Source of the DNA: an uncultured virus (IMG/VR IMGVR_UViG_3300010885_008506)
Taxonomy: Duplodnaviria > Heunggongvirae > Uroviricota > Caudoviricetes
Length of the DNA stretch: 64,000 nucleotides
Strand: one strand, 5' to 3'
IMG/VR virus record: IMGVR_UViG_3300010885_008506
Location: 1 to 64,000 of that record
Made by a program: the position numbers and the translations under genes. The notes beneath the pieces are model-generated. The model did no database searches, was not told where the DNA came from, and saw only the letters and a list, made by a program, of their open reading frames with translations. Each line of letters begins with the position of its first letter. Position 1 is the stretch's first letter. This document shows positions 38,147 through 48,423 of this stretch, piece after piece.

Positions 38147-38379
38147 AAGAACGGTAGTCCGGACTTCTTGGTAGTTTCCAAGTTTTCTTTGTAAATCTCC
38201 GCAATAATATTACGATCGTCGTAACTTAGCATTAGTGCTTGATCTAGTGAGATCGCGCCGCGCATGCTCCAAGCTAACTTATAACAATCTTCCCTAATCT
38301 TGAGACAGTCTTTTTGATATGCATCGCAAAGCTCCTCAATTTCCTCAACTGTTAGTTGCTGGAGCCTCGAGCGAAAAAA
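38143..38379 (-). CDS. Probable -1 frameshift extension of the upstream baseplate-hub/tail-assembly chaperone
   Basis: Open -1 frame entered at the T-TTT-TTC heptamer (38379..38373): ...FFRSRLQQLTVEEIEEL...LAWSMRGAISLDQA...KKSGLPFF; no well-placed own start codon. Confidence 0.6.
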   Translation of the reverse strand, partial: FFRSRLQQLTVEEIEELCDAYQKDCLKIREDCYKLAWSMRGAISLDQALMLSYDDRNIIAEIYKENLETTKKSGLPFF

Positions 38380-39206
38380 TTGGTAGCGTCGAACTCCAGT
38401 TCCTGCTTCCACTTGTGTTGGCATTCCTGACATTCAACTTGGATTGGAGCCAGACTAAAGCTTTCCTTGTTGTTTGTGATACACTTGTTAATGCTGTCAA
38501 ACACATCGCTGCTGGTATTTTGTATGAAGTCTTCAATCATTGATCGATCGGTAACTTGTGTACCATCGGGTGTTTGGATACATGCAATGCTGTCCAGTAC
38601 AATTTCCAACGTTAGTGAAGTTAGCTTCTTAAATCCTTCGCTAAACTTTTTAATTTTGGTTGCTTCGTCTAGACTACTTTGCTGAATTTCCTGTAGTAGA
38701 CGCTGTTCTTCAAATGTTCTGTACTGTTTGTTATTCAGCTGACGGTATGTCATGGGTTTGAGCACAATGGTTAGCTCGTTTGCGTGAATGTAATCGTTCC
38801 ACACTCTGTGCAGCGTTTGTGCTTGTGCTTCCTTAAGGTCCAGCTGATAATTGTTAACAGCTTTACACTGCGGGCAATCAGGGCTAACGTCCATCATGCT
38901 ACCGTATGTTGCAATTCGTATGGCAATTAACAAGGTGTCGAGGTCTACACTGGGAATATTCCATGCATTTTTGATGGCAGGAACACAGCTTTGGATAATA
39001 TCCACAGTGCCCTGTCCGTTTAGCAGTGCGTCTGGCGTTTTAAGCGAAATCTCATCTTTTGCTGTCATGGGCATGATGCCAACTTCGCCCGTTGCGGGCC
39101 AATCAATGCTGCCGGGTTCGTACCATCTGCCTCCACTAGGCAAGGGAGTATAGTACTTAGCCTGTCTAAAATATGAACTCAGCGGGTTATTTTTAATTTC
39201 TGACAT
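38352..39206 (-). CDS. Baseplate hub assembly/tail assembly chaperone, T4 gp26/gp51-like
   Basis: NPL..YFRQ...LPSGG..Y...MTAKDEI.LKTPDALLNG...DLDTLLIAIRIATYG, two CxxC pairs (CPQC, CQEC), ends ATNFF; divergent from the tape measure gene. Start at ATG 39206. Confidence 0.7.
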   Translation of the reverse strand: MSEIKNNPLSSYFRQAKYYTPLPSGGRWYEPGSIDWPATGEVGIMPMTAKDEISLKTPDALLNGQGTVDIIQSCVPAIKNAWNIPSVDLDTLLIAIRIATYGSMMDVSPDCPQCKAVNNYQLDLKEAQAQTLHRVWNDYIHANELTIVLKPMTYRQLNNKQYRTFEEQRLLQEIQQSSLDEATKIKKFSEGFKKLTSLTLEIVLDSIACIQTPDGTQVTDRSMIEDFIQNTSSDVFDSINKCITNNKESFSLAPIQVECQECQHKWKQELEFDATNFFARGSSN

Positions 39207-39244
39207 TGAATTGCTTCCGTTTAAAAAACCGGTTTCATAACCGT

Positions 39245-39252
39245 TATAAATA
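39245..39252 (+). promoter_or_regulatory. T4-type late promoter TATAAATA
   Basis: Exact match 23 nt upstream of the tape-measure start, heading the head-gene run. Confidence 0.75.
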
Positions 39253-39275
39253 CACAACTATATATCTACCACACT

Positions 39276-42128
39276 ATGGCTAACTCAATAAACATTAACG
39301 GCACAGAATACAGGATAGAAGGCGACGACCTCGCTACTGAGGCAACCCTACGAAGTTTAGTTGCTGCAATGAATCGTCTGGCTAGTGCAAGTGCCCGCAG
39401 CGGGGGAGGTAGTAGCAATGCCGGTGGCGGAGCTGCAGATGCCGGCGCCGCACTAAATCAAGGACTCGATGAAGTTGCAGGTAACCTAGATGATATGAGC
39501 GGATCTGTGATTCGAATGAATACTCAAAATAATGAGATTATACGATTACAGGGCGGAACTGCTAAGGGATTTAATATATTAGGCGGTGCAGCTAAGGCAT
39601 TAGGCGGCGCGTTTAAGCTAGTCCAAGGCGCATTCATGATTGGCGTTGCTATCGTTAGTGCAGCATTTGGTGCAGTTGACAAGATGGCAGATACTGTTAA
39701 AGAGATGAATGCGTCTGGTATCAGATTTCAAGGTGGATTTGCCGAACTAGCAGCCGCTGCAGGATCTGCAGGTTTAAGTGTAGAAGAACTTGGACGATTA
39801 ATGACGCAGAATCATGCTGCGGTTGCTCGTTTTGGCGGCGGCAATATGAATGAAGGAGCTAAAAGATTAACAGCATTTAGTCGAGAATTGGTATTTGGCA
39901 AAGCTAAGTTAGCAGGATTGGGCATTGGAGTTAGCGAAGCAGCGCAATATCTTGCCGACTATGCTGATATCCAACAGAACTTAACACACCAAGATATTAC
40001 TCGAGCACGTGCCGGAGAAACTGCAGCAGATGTTCAAAAGAGAGTAACAGCAAGTACTGCCGATTATGTTTCGGACTTAGACTCCCTTGCAAGATCCACA
40101 GGTAAGACCAGAGAAGAAATGAATAAGATGATGGCAGATTTTGCAAAGAATCCAGATTTTACTGCTACCCTTGATATGCTTGGTTTAGCAGGCGAAGAAA
40201 AAAATAGTGTAATGAAATTTGCCACAATGTTACAAGGTTTACCAGGAGGCGAAACATTAGTAAGTGCTTTTGGTGATTTATTACAGTTTGGTACTATGAC
40301 AGGCGATACTGCTGCAGCATTTGCAACAGTAGGTCCGCAACTTCAAAACACATTCACTGGAATTGCAGATAAATTGAAATCTGGTGCAATAACAGAAGAA
40401 CAAGCTCGCGACGAAATGGCAAATGCTATGGGAGACAACGCCGAGCAAATATCTAAGACACTTGGTGCTATTCCACAAGCACAACGTACTCAGGCACAAA
40501 AAGATTTACTCATGGCAGCAAATGCGGCCAAAGCAAACAAGGCTGCAAGAGAAGGCGAAGTTATAGAGTTTATGAAGACAGCAGCGGGCAGAAATAAAAC
40601 ATTTGCCGAAGCAGAAAAAGCAATGAACGATCAGCGCAGTGCAGAGCTAGAGTCACAAAAGCAATTACAAGATATCAAGACTAAGTTTGGCGGCATGTTT
40701 GAAAGTTTGATACTAAAGATATTTGGCAGCAAGGTCTTTCTGACGTTGTTTGATAAAATTACAACAGGATTTCAAACTCTCGCAGATTTTATCTATTCCG
40801 CAATAAAGAAAGTGGATCCTTATATTGCAAAGTTTGATACAGTAGTAATGCCTATTGTAAACAAGATGATAAAATTCTTCTCGGACGTATTTGGCAAAGT
40901 ATCTGAAATTTTAGGAAAAATTGATATCACTAGTGCATTAAGCATACTTGGTGAAATTTTTGATCAGATATTAACGTTCGCTAACACTGTAGTTAATGCT
41001 ATTGACTTTAAGATGATTGGAGACATATTTACACAGGTATTTGGAACAGTATCTGATGTTCTTCAGAATTTATGGGGAAGAGTTAAAGATATATTCTCAA
41101 AACAAGAAGGCGGTATGGGCGGAACTCTTGCCAAATTGGGCGAAGCTCTTGGTAAGATTGTCAATGCACTGGGTAAGGTCATTAAAGTAGTAGTCAAAGT
41201 ATTTAAACTTCTGTATGATTGGGTATTACAACCCATTATGGACATACTTGGACCAATCATTGGAACTATTGTGAACGCCCTTGTTGGAGTAATTGATATA
41301 TTCGGAAGTCTTGCAGACTACTGGACAACGCTCATTGATTTCTTTATGGGCGATGCATCGTTCTCGGAAGTCTTTGACAAATTTATGGCTGTATGGACAA
41401 GTATTGGAAATTATCTGATAAACGGATTGAAAGATTGGGGCAAAATGTTAATGAGTCCGTTTGTTTCAATATACAATCATTGGGTACGAATATTCAACAC
41501 TGTTGGCGACTTTGTTAAAAATGTATTTGGCGGGTTTGATATTGGGGTAATATTGACTAAGGTAACAGATTCTATCAAGAATGTATTTGCCGGCATCGCC
41601 AAATGGTGGAAAGAATTCTCATTCATGGATATGTTGAACTCCATTACTGATGCGATCAAGGGACTGTTTAGCAGTATTGGCAATTACATCAAGGACAAGT
41701 TAAATCCTCTCAATTGGTTTAAGAAAGATAAAAAGGGCGCAGCAGCAGCACCGCCACCAAAAGATCTTTCTAAATCTACTATTCCGGCAGAAATTAATAC
41801 AATACCTGAAGGGCAGCGCACACCTATTCAGAACCGAATACTAGAAGTACAAAAAAATCCAATGGCGATGCTCAAACCTTTGCCAGCTGCACCAACAACT
41901 CCTGCAGCAACAGGCGCACCTGCAGCCGCTACAGCGTTAGCGAAACCAGCAGCTGGCGTAGGGAAAGTAGTAAATACAGATGACTTAGTAAAAAAGATAT
42001 CTGCTCAAATTGATATGATGACTCAGGTGTTAATGGCGATAGAAAAACAAGGCGAGGAGAAACCAGGTATGGTATCTGGTGCATTTTCCTCGCTGACAAA
42101 GAAAGCTGCGGCTCTCGGACTTCCTTAA
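39276..42128 (+). CDS. Tape measure protein
   Basis: 950 aa, Ala/Gly-rich helical, with periodic Trp/Phe amphipathic repeats in the C-terminal half; next to the chaperone genes. Confidence 0.7.
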   Translation: MANSININGTEYRIEGDDLATEATLRSLVAAMNRLASASARSGGGSSNAGGGAADAGAALNQGLDEVAGNLDDMSGSVIRMNTQNNEIIRLQGGTAKGFNILGGAAKALGGAFKLVQGAFMIGVAIVSAAFGAVDKMADTVKEMNASGIRFQGGFAELAAAAGSAGLSVEELGRLMTQNHAAVARFGGGNMNEGAKRLTAFSRELVFGKAKLAGLGIGVSEAAQYLADYADIQQNLTHQDITRARAGETAADVQKRVTASTADYVSDLDSLARSTGKTREEMNKMMADFAKNPDFTATLDMLGLAGEEKNSVMKFATMLQGLPGGETLVSAFGDLLQFGTMTGDTAAAFATVGPQLQNTFTGIADKLKSGAITEEQARDEMANAMGDNAEQISKTLGAIPQAQRTQAQKDLLMAANAAKANKAAREGEVIEFMKTAAGRNKTFAEAEKAMNDQRSAELESQKQLQDIKTKFGGMFESLILKIFGSKVFLTLFDKITTGFQTLADFIYSAIKKVDPYIAKFDTVVMPIVNKMIKFFSDVFGKVSEILGKIDITSALSILGEIFDQILTFANTVVNAIDFKMIGDIFTQVFGTVSDVLQNLWGRVKDIFSKQEGGMGGTLAKLGEALGKIVNALGKVIKVVVKVFKLLYDWVLQPIMDILGPIIGTIVNALVGVIDIFGSLADYWTTLIDFFMGDASFSEVFDKFMAVWTSIGNYLINGLKDWGKMLMSPFVSIYNHWVRIFNTVGDFVKNVFGGFDIGVILTKVTDSIKNVFAGIAKWWKEFSFMDMLNSITDAIKGLFSSIGNYIKDKLNPLNWFKKDKKGAAAAPPPKDLSKSTIPAEINTIPEGQRTPIQNRILEVQKNPMAMLKPLPAAPTTPAATGAPAAATALAKPAAGVGKVVNTDDLVKKISAQIDMMTQVLMAIEKQGEEKPGMVSGAFSSLTKKAAALGLP

Positions 42129-42139
42129 AGGGTATATAA

Positions 42140-43870
42140 ATGAGTAGTTGGCGTAAACATTTTAACGTATATCAAGACCCAAACAAGGGCAATAACAGTC
42201 CTATCTCGGGCAAAAAGACCACTACTCCCAGTGTAATGAGTCGCAAGAACTTTAACACGTTCCTACCTGAAGTATACAGTGGACAAAGTAATCGTGTTGA
42301 TCGGTACTATCAATACGAGATCATGGACCAAGATCCTGAAGTTAACAGCGCACTGGATATCATTGCAGAGTTTTGCACAGAAGTAAACCCAGACAACGGC
42401 ACACAGTTCAACTTTCACTTTCTAGAACAGCCAACAGACGTTGAAGTTAAGATTCTCAAGCAAGCACTGGTAAGTTGGTACAGACTCAATGAACTGGATC
42501 GCAGAATATTCCGCTTGTTCAGAAACGTGATCAAGTACGGCGATGCGTTCTTTATCCGTGACCCCGAGAACAACAAGCTGTATCACTGCGATGCACGTAA
42601 TGTTGACAAGGTAATTGTCAACGAAGCAGAAGGTAAGAAGCCCGAGCAGTATGTTGTTCGTGACATTAACCTAAACTTGCAGTCATTGACCACAACACAA
42701 CTATTACCCAACAACACCAGCAATACAAGTTATACACAAACACCTGCAATACTAGGCGCAACCTCCCCAAGAGGCAACAACTATAATTTCAGCGCAGGTG
42801 GTAGTAATGGTGGTAGATTCAGCAATACACAAAGTCAGATGGCTGTTGCCGCAGAGCACGTTGTACATCTGAGCTTAAACGAAGGTCTCGACGCAGCATG
42901 GCCATTTGGTTATAGTATTCTAGAGAATGTATTCAAGACGTTCAAACAGAAAGAACTAATCGAAGATGCTATCATTATCTATCGCGTACAACGTGCGCCA
43001 GAACGTCGTGTGTTCAAGATTGACACAGGCAATCTGCCCAGCCACTTAGCCATGCAGTTCCTAGAGCGTGTTAAGAACGAAATTTATCAGCGTCGTATTC
43101 CTAGTCAGACAGGTGGCGGTAGCAACATAAGTGACGCTACCTATAACCCAATTAGCATGAATGAAGACTTCTTCTTTGCTGTTAATAGTGATGGCAAGGG
43201 AAGTGACGTTACTACATTGCCGGGCGGCGAGAATCTAGGTCAAATTGATGACCTCAAGTTCTTTACTAACAAGCTGTTCCGCGCATTGCGTATTCCTAGC
43301 AGCTACATGCCTACGGGACCAGACGATAGTGCTGCAACTTACAATGACGGACGTGTGGGTACATCACTAATTCAAGAACTGCGTTTTAACAAGTATTGCA
43401 TGCGTTTGCAAAGCTTAATTGTGCCGCAGCTGGACCTAGACTTTAAGATTTACCTTAAGAAGCGTGGTATTAATATTGATACCAGTATGTTTGAATTGAA
43501 GTTTACCGAGCCACAGAACTTTAGTCAGTTTAAGACTGTGGATGTGGATAGCAACCGTATCAATAACTTTAATCAGATGGCACAGTTGCCCTTTATTGCT
43601 AAACGTTGGGCAATGGGACGGTACTTGGGCTTAAGCGAACAAGAAATTGTGGATAACGAAACACAATGGAAGAAAGAAAACGCGCAGGCTGAAGCAGAAA
43701 CTAGCGGTTCAGATCTACGTAACGTAGGTGTTACCCCAGGTGGCATGGAAGCAGATATGGGTGCAGTGGATCAGGCTATGGCAGGCCCACCGGGCGGCGA
43801 AGCCCCCCCAGAAGGTGCACCAACTGCACCAGGAGGCGAAATGCCCCCGGGAGGAGAACCTGGAATTTAA
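42140..43870 (+). CDS. gp20: Portal protein
   Basis: YEIMDQDPEVNSALDII; LIEDAIIIYRVQRAPERRVFKIDTGNLP; EDFFF...VTTLPGGENLGQIDD..FF..KL.RAL.IP.S. Confidence 0.95.
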   Translation: MSSWRKHFNVYQDPNKGNNSPISGKKTTTPSVMSRKNFNTFLPEVYSGQSNRVDRYYQYEIMDQDPEVNSALDIIAEFCTEVNPDNGTQFNFHFLEQPTDVEVKILKQALVSWYRLNELDRRIFRLFRNVIKYGDAFFIRDPENNKLYHCDARNVDKVIVNEAEGKKPEQYVVRDINLNLQSLTTTQLLPNNTSNTSYTQTPAILGATSPRGNNYNFSAGGSNGGRFSNTQSQMAVAAEHVVHLSLNEGLDAAWPFGYSILENVFKTFKQKELIEDAIIIYRVQRAPERRVFKIDTGNLPSHLAMQFLERVKNEIYQRRIPSQTGGGSNISDATYNPISMNEDFFFAVNSDGKGSDVTTLPGGENLGQIDDLKFFTNKLFRALRIPSSYMPTGPDDSAATYNDGRVGTSLIQELRFNKYCMRLQSLIVPQLDLDFKIYLKKRGINIDTSMFELKFTEPQNFSQFKTVDVDSNRINNFNQMAQLPFIAKRWAMGRYLGLSEQEIVDNETQWKKENAQAEAETSGSDLRNVGVTPGGMEADMGAVDQAMAGPPGGEAPPEGAPTAPGGEMPPGGEPGI

Positions 43871-43903
43871 TCAAATTGATTAAATACAGCGTGAGGAAAT
43901 TGT

Positions 43904-44134
43904 ATGCATTTACGTGACTTAATGGAAAATACCGAGAAAGTACCCGATCAGAGGTATGATGCTAAGGATGACGAAAGTGTACAGCGTCCAGACGATACAC
44001 GCAAGATACGTCTCACACTGGAACAAATAAACAAGTTACGTCGAATGCAAGAAGTTCGTAAAATGGAACAGAAAAAACAAGAAGATTTCTTTAAGACCAT
44101 TTACGGCGCACCACCTGCAGCACCTGCGGGTTAA
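43904..44134 (+). CDS. Small prohead core protein (gp68-like position)
   Basis: 76 aa between portal and protease; RLTLEQINKLRRM; N-terminal LME could be a protease site. Confidence 0.55.
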   Translation: MHLRDLMENTEKVPDQRYDAKDDESVQRPDDTRKIRLTLEQINKLRRMQEVRKMEQKKQEDFFKTIYGAPPAAPAG

Positions 44135-44144
44135 AAAAATACCA

Positions 44145-44171
44145 AAAAACCGGCCGTTTGAGCCGGTTTTT
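44145..44171 (+). terminator. Hairpin/terminator
   Basis: AAAAACCGGC-CGTTTGA-GCCGGTTTTT inverted repeat after the 44134 stop. Confidence 0.65.
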
Positions 44172-44219
44172 CTATTCTTTTGATAACTAATTACACACTT
44201 AGCTAAGGAGATTTTAAAC

Positions 44220-44969
44220 ATGTCAAAGAAATTTGAGCAATTGCTTGAATATGTTGTCAATGACGAAACAGAAAAGGCTCAGGCCATTTTCCACGAAATC
44301 GTTGTTGCAAAGAGCCGTGAAATTTACGAAAATCTAATCGCAGACGAAACAGCAGAACTCGACGAAGAAGAGTTTGGCGGTGACGAAGTTGAAGGTCTAG
44401 TAAATGAGATCGAAGCCGAAGAGTACGATATGTCAGAAGCTGACGAAGAGATGGGCGACGAAGAGCCACTCGACGACGAAGGCGACATGGGTGACGATAT
44501 GGGCGACGAACTAGATAGCTCAGAACACGACATGGGCGACGAGGGTGGTATGGAAGATATGGAAGACCGTCTCGTTGACCTAGAAGATGCACTAAGCCAG
44601 CTGAAGTCAGAATTTGACGACCTAATGGCAGGCGAAGGAAGTGACGAAGATCACGAAGAAACAGACCATGAAGACATGGGCGACGAAGCTGCAAGCGCAG
44701 ATATGGGCGACGAAGAGATGGACGAAGCTTCAATCTTCGAATACAAGGAGCATGCTCCAAAGCCAGTTCTGTCGGAACCAGCCGGTACTCATGCAACGAG
44801 CCCTCTGGCAAAGAATGCTAAGAGCCCAACAGGTGCTGGCAAGCCAGTATCTATTAAGGATGGCAGTCAGGGAAATCATGGTGTTAAGAGTCCAGGTAAG
44901 CTAACAAGCTACGATACCAGGGGCGAAGGCACCAAGATGAAGAAAGTCCAGGACATGAAGAAGGTCTAA
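44220..44969 (+). CDS. Highly acidic prohead core protein (gp67-like position)
   Basis: D/E-rich low-complexity protein, strong AAGGAG RBS, immediately before the protease. Confidence 0.7.
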   Translation: MSKKFEQLLEYVVNDETEKAQAIFHEIVVAKSREIYENLIADETAELDEEEFGGDEVEGLVNEIEAEEYDMSEADEEMGDEEPLDDEGDMGDDMGDELDSSEHDMGDEGGMEDMEDRLVDLEDALSQLKSEFDDLMAGEGSDEDHEETDHEDMGDEAASADMGDEEMDEASIFEYKEHAPKPVLSEPAGTHATSPLAKNAKSPTGAGKPVSIKDGSQGNHGVKSPGKLTSYDTRGEGTKMKKVQDMKKV

Positions 44970-44972
44970 GAT

Positions 44973-45605
44973 ATGTCAGCTCTACTGCGAGAACATCTCA
45001 GCTACGAGCGTGCCCAGGCAATACTGGAAACCTCCGGTGAAGGCAATCTTAAGAGCTTGTATCTTAAGGGAACCTTCATCGAGGGTGAAGTAAAGAATGC
45101 CAACCAAAGAGTGTATCCGTCTCACGAAATCAAGCGAGCAGTTGAATCCATGCAGGAACAACTGAAAAACGGATACAGCATTCTTGGTGAAATTGACCAC
45201 CCAGATGATTTAAAGATTAATCTTGATCGTGTAAGTCACATGATCACAGATATTTGGATGGACGGAAATAACGGTATTGGCAAGTTGAAAATACTTCCAA
45301 CACCGATGGGCAAGATTGCAGAATCAATGCTGCAAAGCGGCGTTAAACTGGGTGTAAGTTCTCGTGGTTCGGGCGACGTAAACGATTCAAATGGCAAGGT
45401 TTCAAATTTTGAGATCTTGACCGTAGATATTGTGGCTCAGCCATCAGCTCCAAATGCTTATCCTACTCCTATATATGAGGGACTAATGAACTCTAAGCGG
45501 GGAAAGATAACATTAGAGATGGCGGCGGAAGCCACGTATAACCCCAAGGTACAGAAATACCTTGAGAAAGAGATCACGAATTTGATTCGTGATCTGAAAC
45601 TATAG
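44973..45605 (+). CDS. gp21: Prohead protease
   Basis: LYLKG.FI..EVKNANQRVY, LGEIDHP, VSHMI, ILPTPMG, LGVSSRGSG, DIVAQPSAPNAY. Confidence 0.93.
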   Translation: MSALLREHLSYERAQAILETSGEGNLKSLYLKGTFIEGEVKNANQRVYPSHEIKRAVESMQEQLKNGYSILGEIDHPDDLKINLDRVSHMITDIWMDGNNGIGKLKILPTPMGKIAESMLQSGVKLGVSSRGSGDVNDSNGKVSNFEILTVDIVAQPSAPNAYPTPIYEGLMNSKRGKITLEMAAEATYNPKVQKYLEKEITNLIRDLKL

Positions 45606-45616
45606 AGGAACATGCA

Positions 45617-46708
45617 ATGCTAGACGCCTTGAAAAATATCGTCGACAATGGCATGCTTTCCGAAGATACCAAACTAGCCATCAATGAAGCCTGGGAAAGC
45701 AAAGTTCGCGAAATTCGTGAATCAGTTGAAACAGAACTACGTGGCGAATTTGCTCAACGTTATGAGCACGATAAGAGTCAGATTATTGAAGGACTCGATC
45801 GTATGGTATCTGAAAATCTGCAGAAAGAACTAGGTGAATTTGCTGAAGACCGTAAGGCTCTTATCAGCGAGCGCATCCAGTACAAGAAGCAGACTAAGGA
45901 GCATGCTGCCAAGCTCCAACAGTTCGTGTTGGAAAATTTGGCAAAAGAATTAAAGGAATTTAAGGCCGAACGTGATGCATTCAGAAAGGATGTAGCCAAG
46001 CTAGAGAGTTTTGTGGTTAAGAACCTATCAAAGGAAATCATGGAATTCTCAGAAGACAAGAAGGAATTGGTTAACGCCAAGGTACGTCTTGTTGCAGAAG
46101 CTAAGAATCAGCTGAACGCCGTTAAGAAGCAGTTCGTTTCACGCGCTGCCGCTGCTGTAGAAACAGCAGTCACTGAAGGTTTGAAGAAAGAATTAGTGCA
46201 ACTTAAGGAAGATATCGAAGTTGCTCGCAAGAATAACTTTGGACAACGCTTGTTTGAAGCGTTCTCAAAAGAATTTGCAAGCAGCCATTACAGCGAAACA
46301 ACAGAAATCCGCGCATTGCGTGGTAAGCTGACGCAAGCTGTACGTGTGATGGAAAATCTTAAGAAGCAGTCAGATGCTGCAGCACATCTAGTTGAATCAA
46401 AACAAAAAACGATCAACGAAATGCGCGACAGTTCTGTGCGTTTGGAAGTTATGAGCGAGTTGTTTACGCCACTAGGCAAAAAGCCACGCGCTATAATGGA
46501 AGATTTACTGAGAACAGTACCAACTGCAAAACTCAGAGAGTCTTTTGACAAGTATTTGCCGAGTGTTTTAAACGACGGTACACAAAGTGCCCCAGTAAAG
46601 AAGCAATTGGTTGAATCGAGAAAGGAAGTTACTGGTGACAAGCCAGTGCAAATTGACAGACCAGCAGCGGAAATCTTTGATCTCCGTAAGCTAGCTGGCT
46701 TGAAGTAA
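45617..46708 (+). CDS. gp22: Prohead scaffolding protein
   Basis: Long coiled-coil protein between protease and major capsid, as in the T4 order 21-22-23. Confidence 0.8.
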   Translation: MLDALKNIVDNGMLSEDTKLAINEAWESKVREIRESVETELRGEFAQRYEHDKSQIIEGLDRMVSENLQKELGEFAEDRKALISERIQYKKQTKEHAAKLQQFVLENLAKELKEFKAERDAFRKDVAKLESFVVKNLSKEIMEFSEDKKELVNAKVRLVAEAKNQLNAVKKQFVSRAAAAVETAVTEGLKKELVQLKEDIEVARKNNFGQRLFEAFSKEFASSHYSETTEIRALRGKLTQAVRVMENLKKQSDAAAHLVESKQKTINEMRDSSVRLEVMSELFTPLGKKPRAIMEDLLRTVPTAKLRESFDKYLPSVLNDGTQSAPVKKQLVESRKEVTGDKPVQIDRPAAEIFDLRKLAGLK

Positions 46709-46731
46709 CACATTAAAAGAGGAAATTTAAA

Positions 46732-47922
46732 ATGTCTAACACACTTCTTGAACATCGTTGGAACGAGACCAAGGAGGCGTTGCTGGAAGGTCTCACTGGC
46801 TCAAAGAGAAATTCTATGAGTGTAATGCTGGAAAACACCCGCAAGTACATCGCAGAATCGGCATCGTCAGGTGCTACATCAGCCGGTAACATCGCAAGCC
46901 TCAACCGCGTAATTCTACCAGTAATTCGTCGCGTAATGCCAACAGTCATTGCAAACGAACTAGTTGGCGTACAGCCAATGACAGGTCCTGTCGGACAGAT
47001 CCACACATTGCGTGTGCGTTATGCCCAGACACACACTGGTTCAGTTGCCGGCGACAATACTACAGCAGGCGAAGAAGCACTAAGCCCATTCAAGATCAGC
47101 CTAAGCTACTCCGGTACAGCACCGTCAGCAACAGCAAGTGATCAAAGAGCAGGTGCAACAGCAGGCCTAGAAGGTACCGGTGGTAATAAGGTATCGGTAC
47201 AGATTTTGAAGCAACCAGTAGAGGCACGTACACGTAAATTGTCAGCTCGCTGGACCTTTGAAGCTGCACAGGATGCACAATCACAGCACGGTCTGGATCT
47301 AGAAGCAGAAATTATGGCTGCACTAGCTCAAGAAATTACTGCTGAAATTGACCAGGAAATCCTAGCAAGCCTCCGTTCACTGGCACCAACAGAAGAAACC
47401 TTCGACCAGTCAACAGTAAGTGGTACTGCAACATTCGTTGGCGACGAGCATGCTGCTCTAGCTATTCTAATCAACAGAACCGCTAACAAGATTGCTTCAC
47501 GCACACGTCGCGGTGCAGGTAACTGGGCAGTTGTAAGCCCATATGCATTGACTATCCTACAGTCAGCAACAACAAGCGCATTTGCACGTACCACAGAAGG
47601 TACATTCGAAGCACCAACAAACACCAAGTTTGTCGGTACATTGAACAGCAGCATGCGTGTATATGTTGACGCATATGCAGCTGACACACAGTCAGTACTA
47701 GTTGGTTATAAGGGTTCAACAGAGACAGATGCAGCAGCATTCTACTGCCCATACATCCCTCTAATGAGCTCAGGTGTAATCCTAGACCCAGCAACATTCG
47801 AGCCAACAGTTGGCTTCATGACACGTTACGGCTATGTTGAACTAACCAACACAGCATCGTCACTTGGCAATGCAGCAGACTACCTCGGTGAAGTTGTAGT
47901 TCAGAACGTAAGCTTCCAGTAA
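46732..47922 (+). CDS. gp23: Major capsid protein
   Basis: LPVIRRVMP..IANELVGVQPMTGPVGQIHTLR; RKLSARWTFEAAQD; EITAEIDQE; AFYCPYIPL; FMTRYG. Confidence 0.96.
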   Translation: MSNTLLEHRWNETKEALLEGLTGSKRNSMSVMLENTRKYIAESASSGATSAGNIASLNRVILPVIRRVMPTVIANELVGVQPMTGPVGQIHTLRVRYAQTHTGSVAGDNTTAGEEALSPFKISLSYSGTAPSATASDQRAGATAGLEGTGGNKVSVQILKQPVEARTRKLSARWTFEAAQDAQSQHGLDLEAEIMAALAQEITAEIDQEILASLRSLAPTEETFDQSTVSGTATFVGDEHAALAILINRTANKIASRTRRGAGNWAVVSPYALTILQSATTSAFARTTEGTFEAPTNTKFVGTLNSSMRVYVDAYAADTQSVLVGYKGSTETDAAAFYCPYIPLMSSGVILDPATFEPTVGFMTRYGYVELTNTASSLGNAADYLGEVVVQNVSFQ

Positions 47923-47947
47923 TAAGAAGTTCAACGTTAGTTGATAT

Positions 47948-47977
47948 GACAGGGGCAGAAATGCCCCTGTCTTTTTA
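47948..47977 (+). terminator. Rho-independent terminator after the major capsid gene
   Basis: GACAGGGGCA-GAAA-TGCCCCTGTC followed by TTTTT. Confidence 0.9.
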
Positions 47978-47986
47978 TGTCTAAGT

Positions 47987-47994
47987 AATAAATA
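47987..47994 (+). promoter_or_regulatory. Candidate late promoter AATAAATA
   Basis: Lies right after the terminator and upstream of the GAGG RBS and ATG 48013. Confidence 0.55.
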
Positions 47995-48012
47995 ATGATA
48001 GAGGGTTAAACA

Positions 48013-48423
48013 ATGTCGCTAACAAATAAAACACAAGGTAATATTACGCAGATTGCATTAGGCACGGGTACTAATGCTGGTAATGCAAATGGTACAATCA
48101 ATCTAGTTGGCGGAGAGGTCATTGTAACCGGCGATTTAACAGTATTAGGCACATTAAATGCTACTGTTGATCCGTTACCTAACTTTGATAGTCCTATACT
48201 TTACATAAATGACGTAGATACACCAACAGATACCATTGGTGGATTGGTATTAAGAGGCGATACAGATAAAGAATTACTTTGGTACGACACTACCGATGCA
48301 TGGTCTAGTAATGTTAACTTTGACTTAACAACTAACGGCAGCACTTATCAAATTGAAGGTGTAACTGTGCTAAGTGCTACCGCATTGGGACAGGGAGTTG
48401 CAGTGGACGGCGGAACGTATTAA
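48013..48423 (+). CDS. Small virion structural protein (fibre/decoration-like)
   Basis: 136 aa, beta-rich (VTGDLTVLGT), ends DGGTY; has its own late promoter. Confidence 0.55.
   Translation: MSLTNKTQGNITQIALGTGTNAGNANGTINLVGGEVIVTGDLTVLGTLNATVDPLPNFDSPILYINDVDTPTDTIGGLVLRGDTDKELLWYDTTDAWSSNVNFDLTTNGSTYQIEGVTVLSATALGQGVAVDGGTY

Noticed and set aside
38380..38433. ATG at 38433 as an independent start of the 96-aa ORF
   Set aside because: It lies 80 nt inside the upstream gene with no clear SD; a -1 frameshift at 38379..38373 explains the overlap better, though this start is not excluded.
44257..44811. 184-aa Arg/Leu-rich minus-strand ORF
   Set aside because: It is the antisense mirror of the GAA/GAC-rich acidic core gene.
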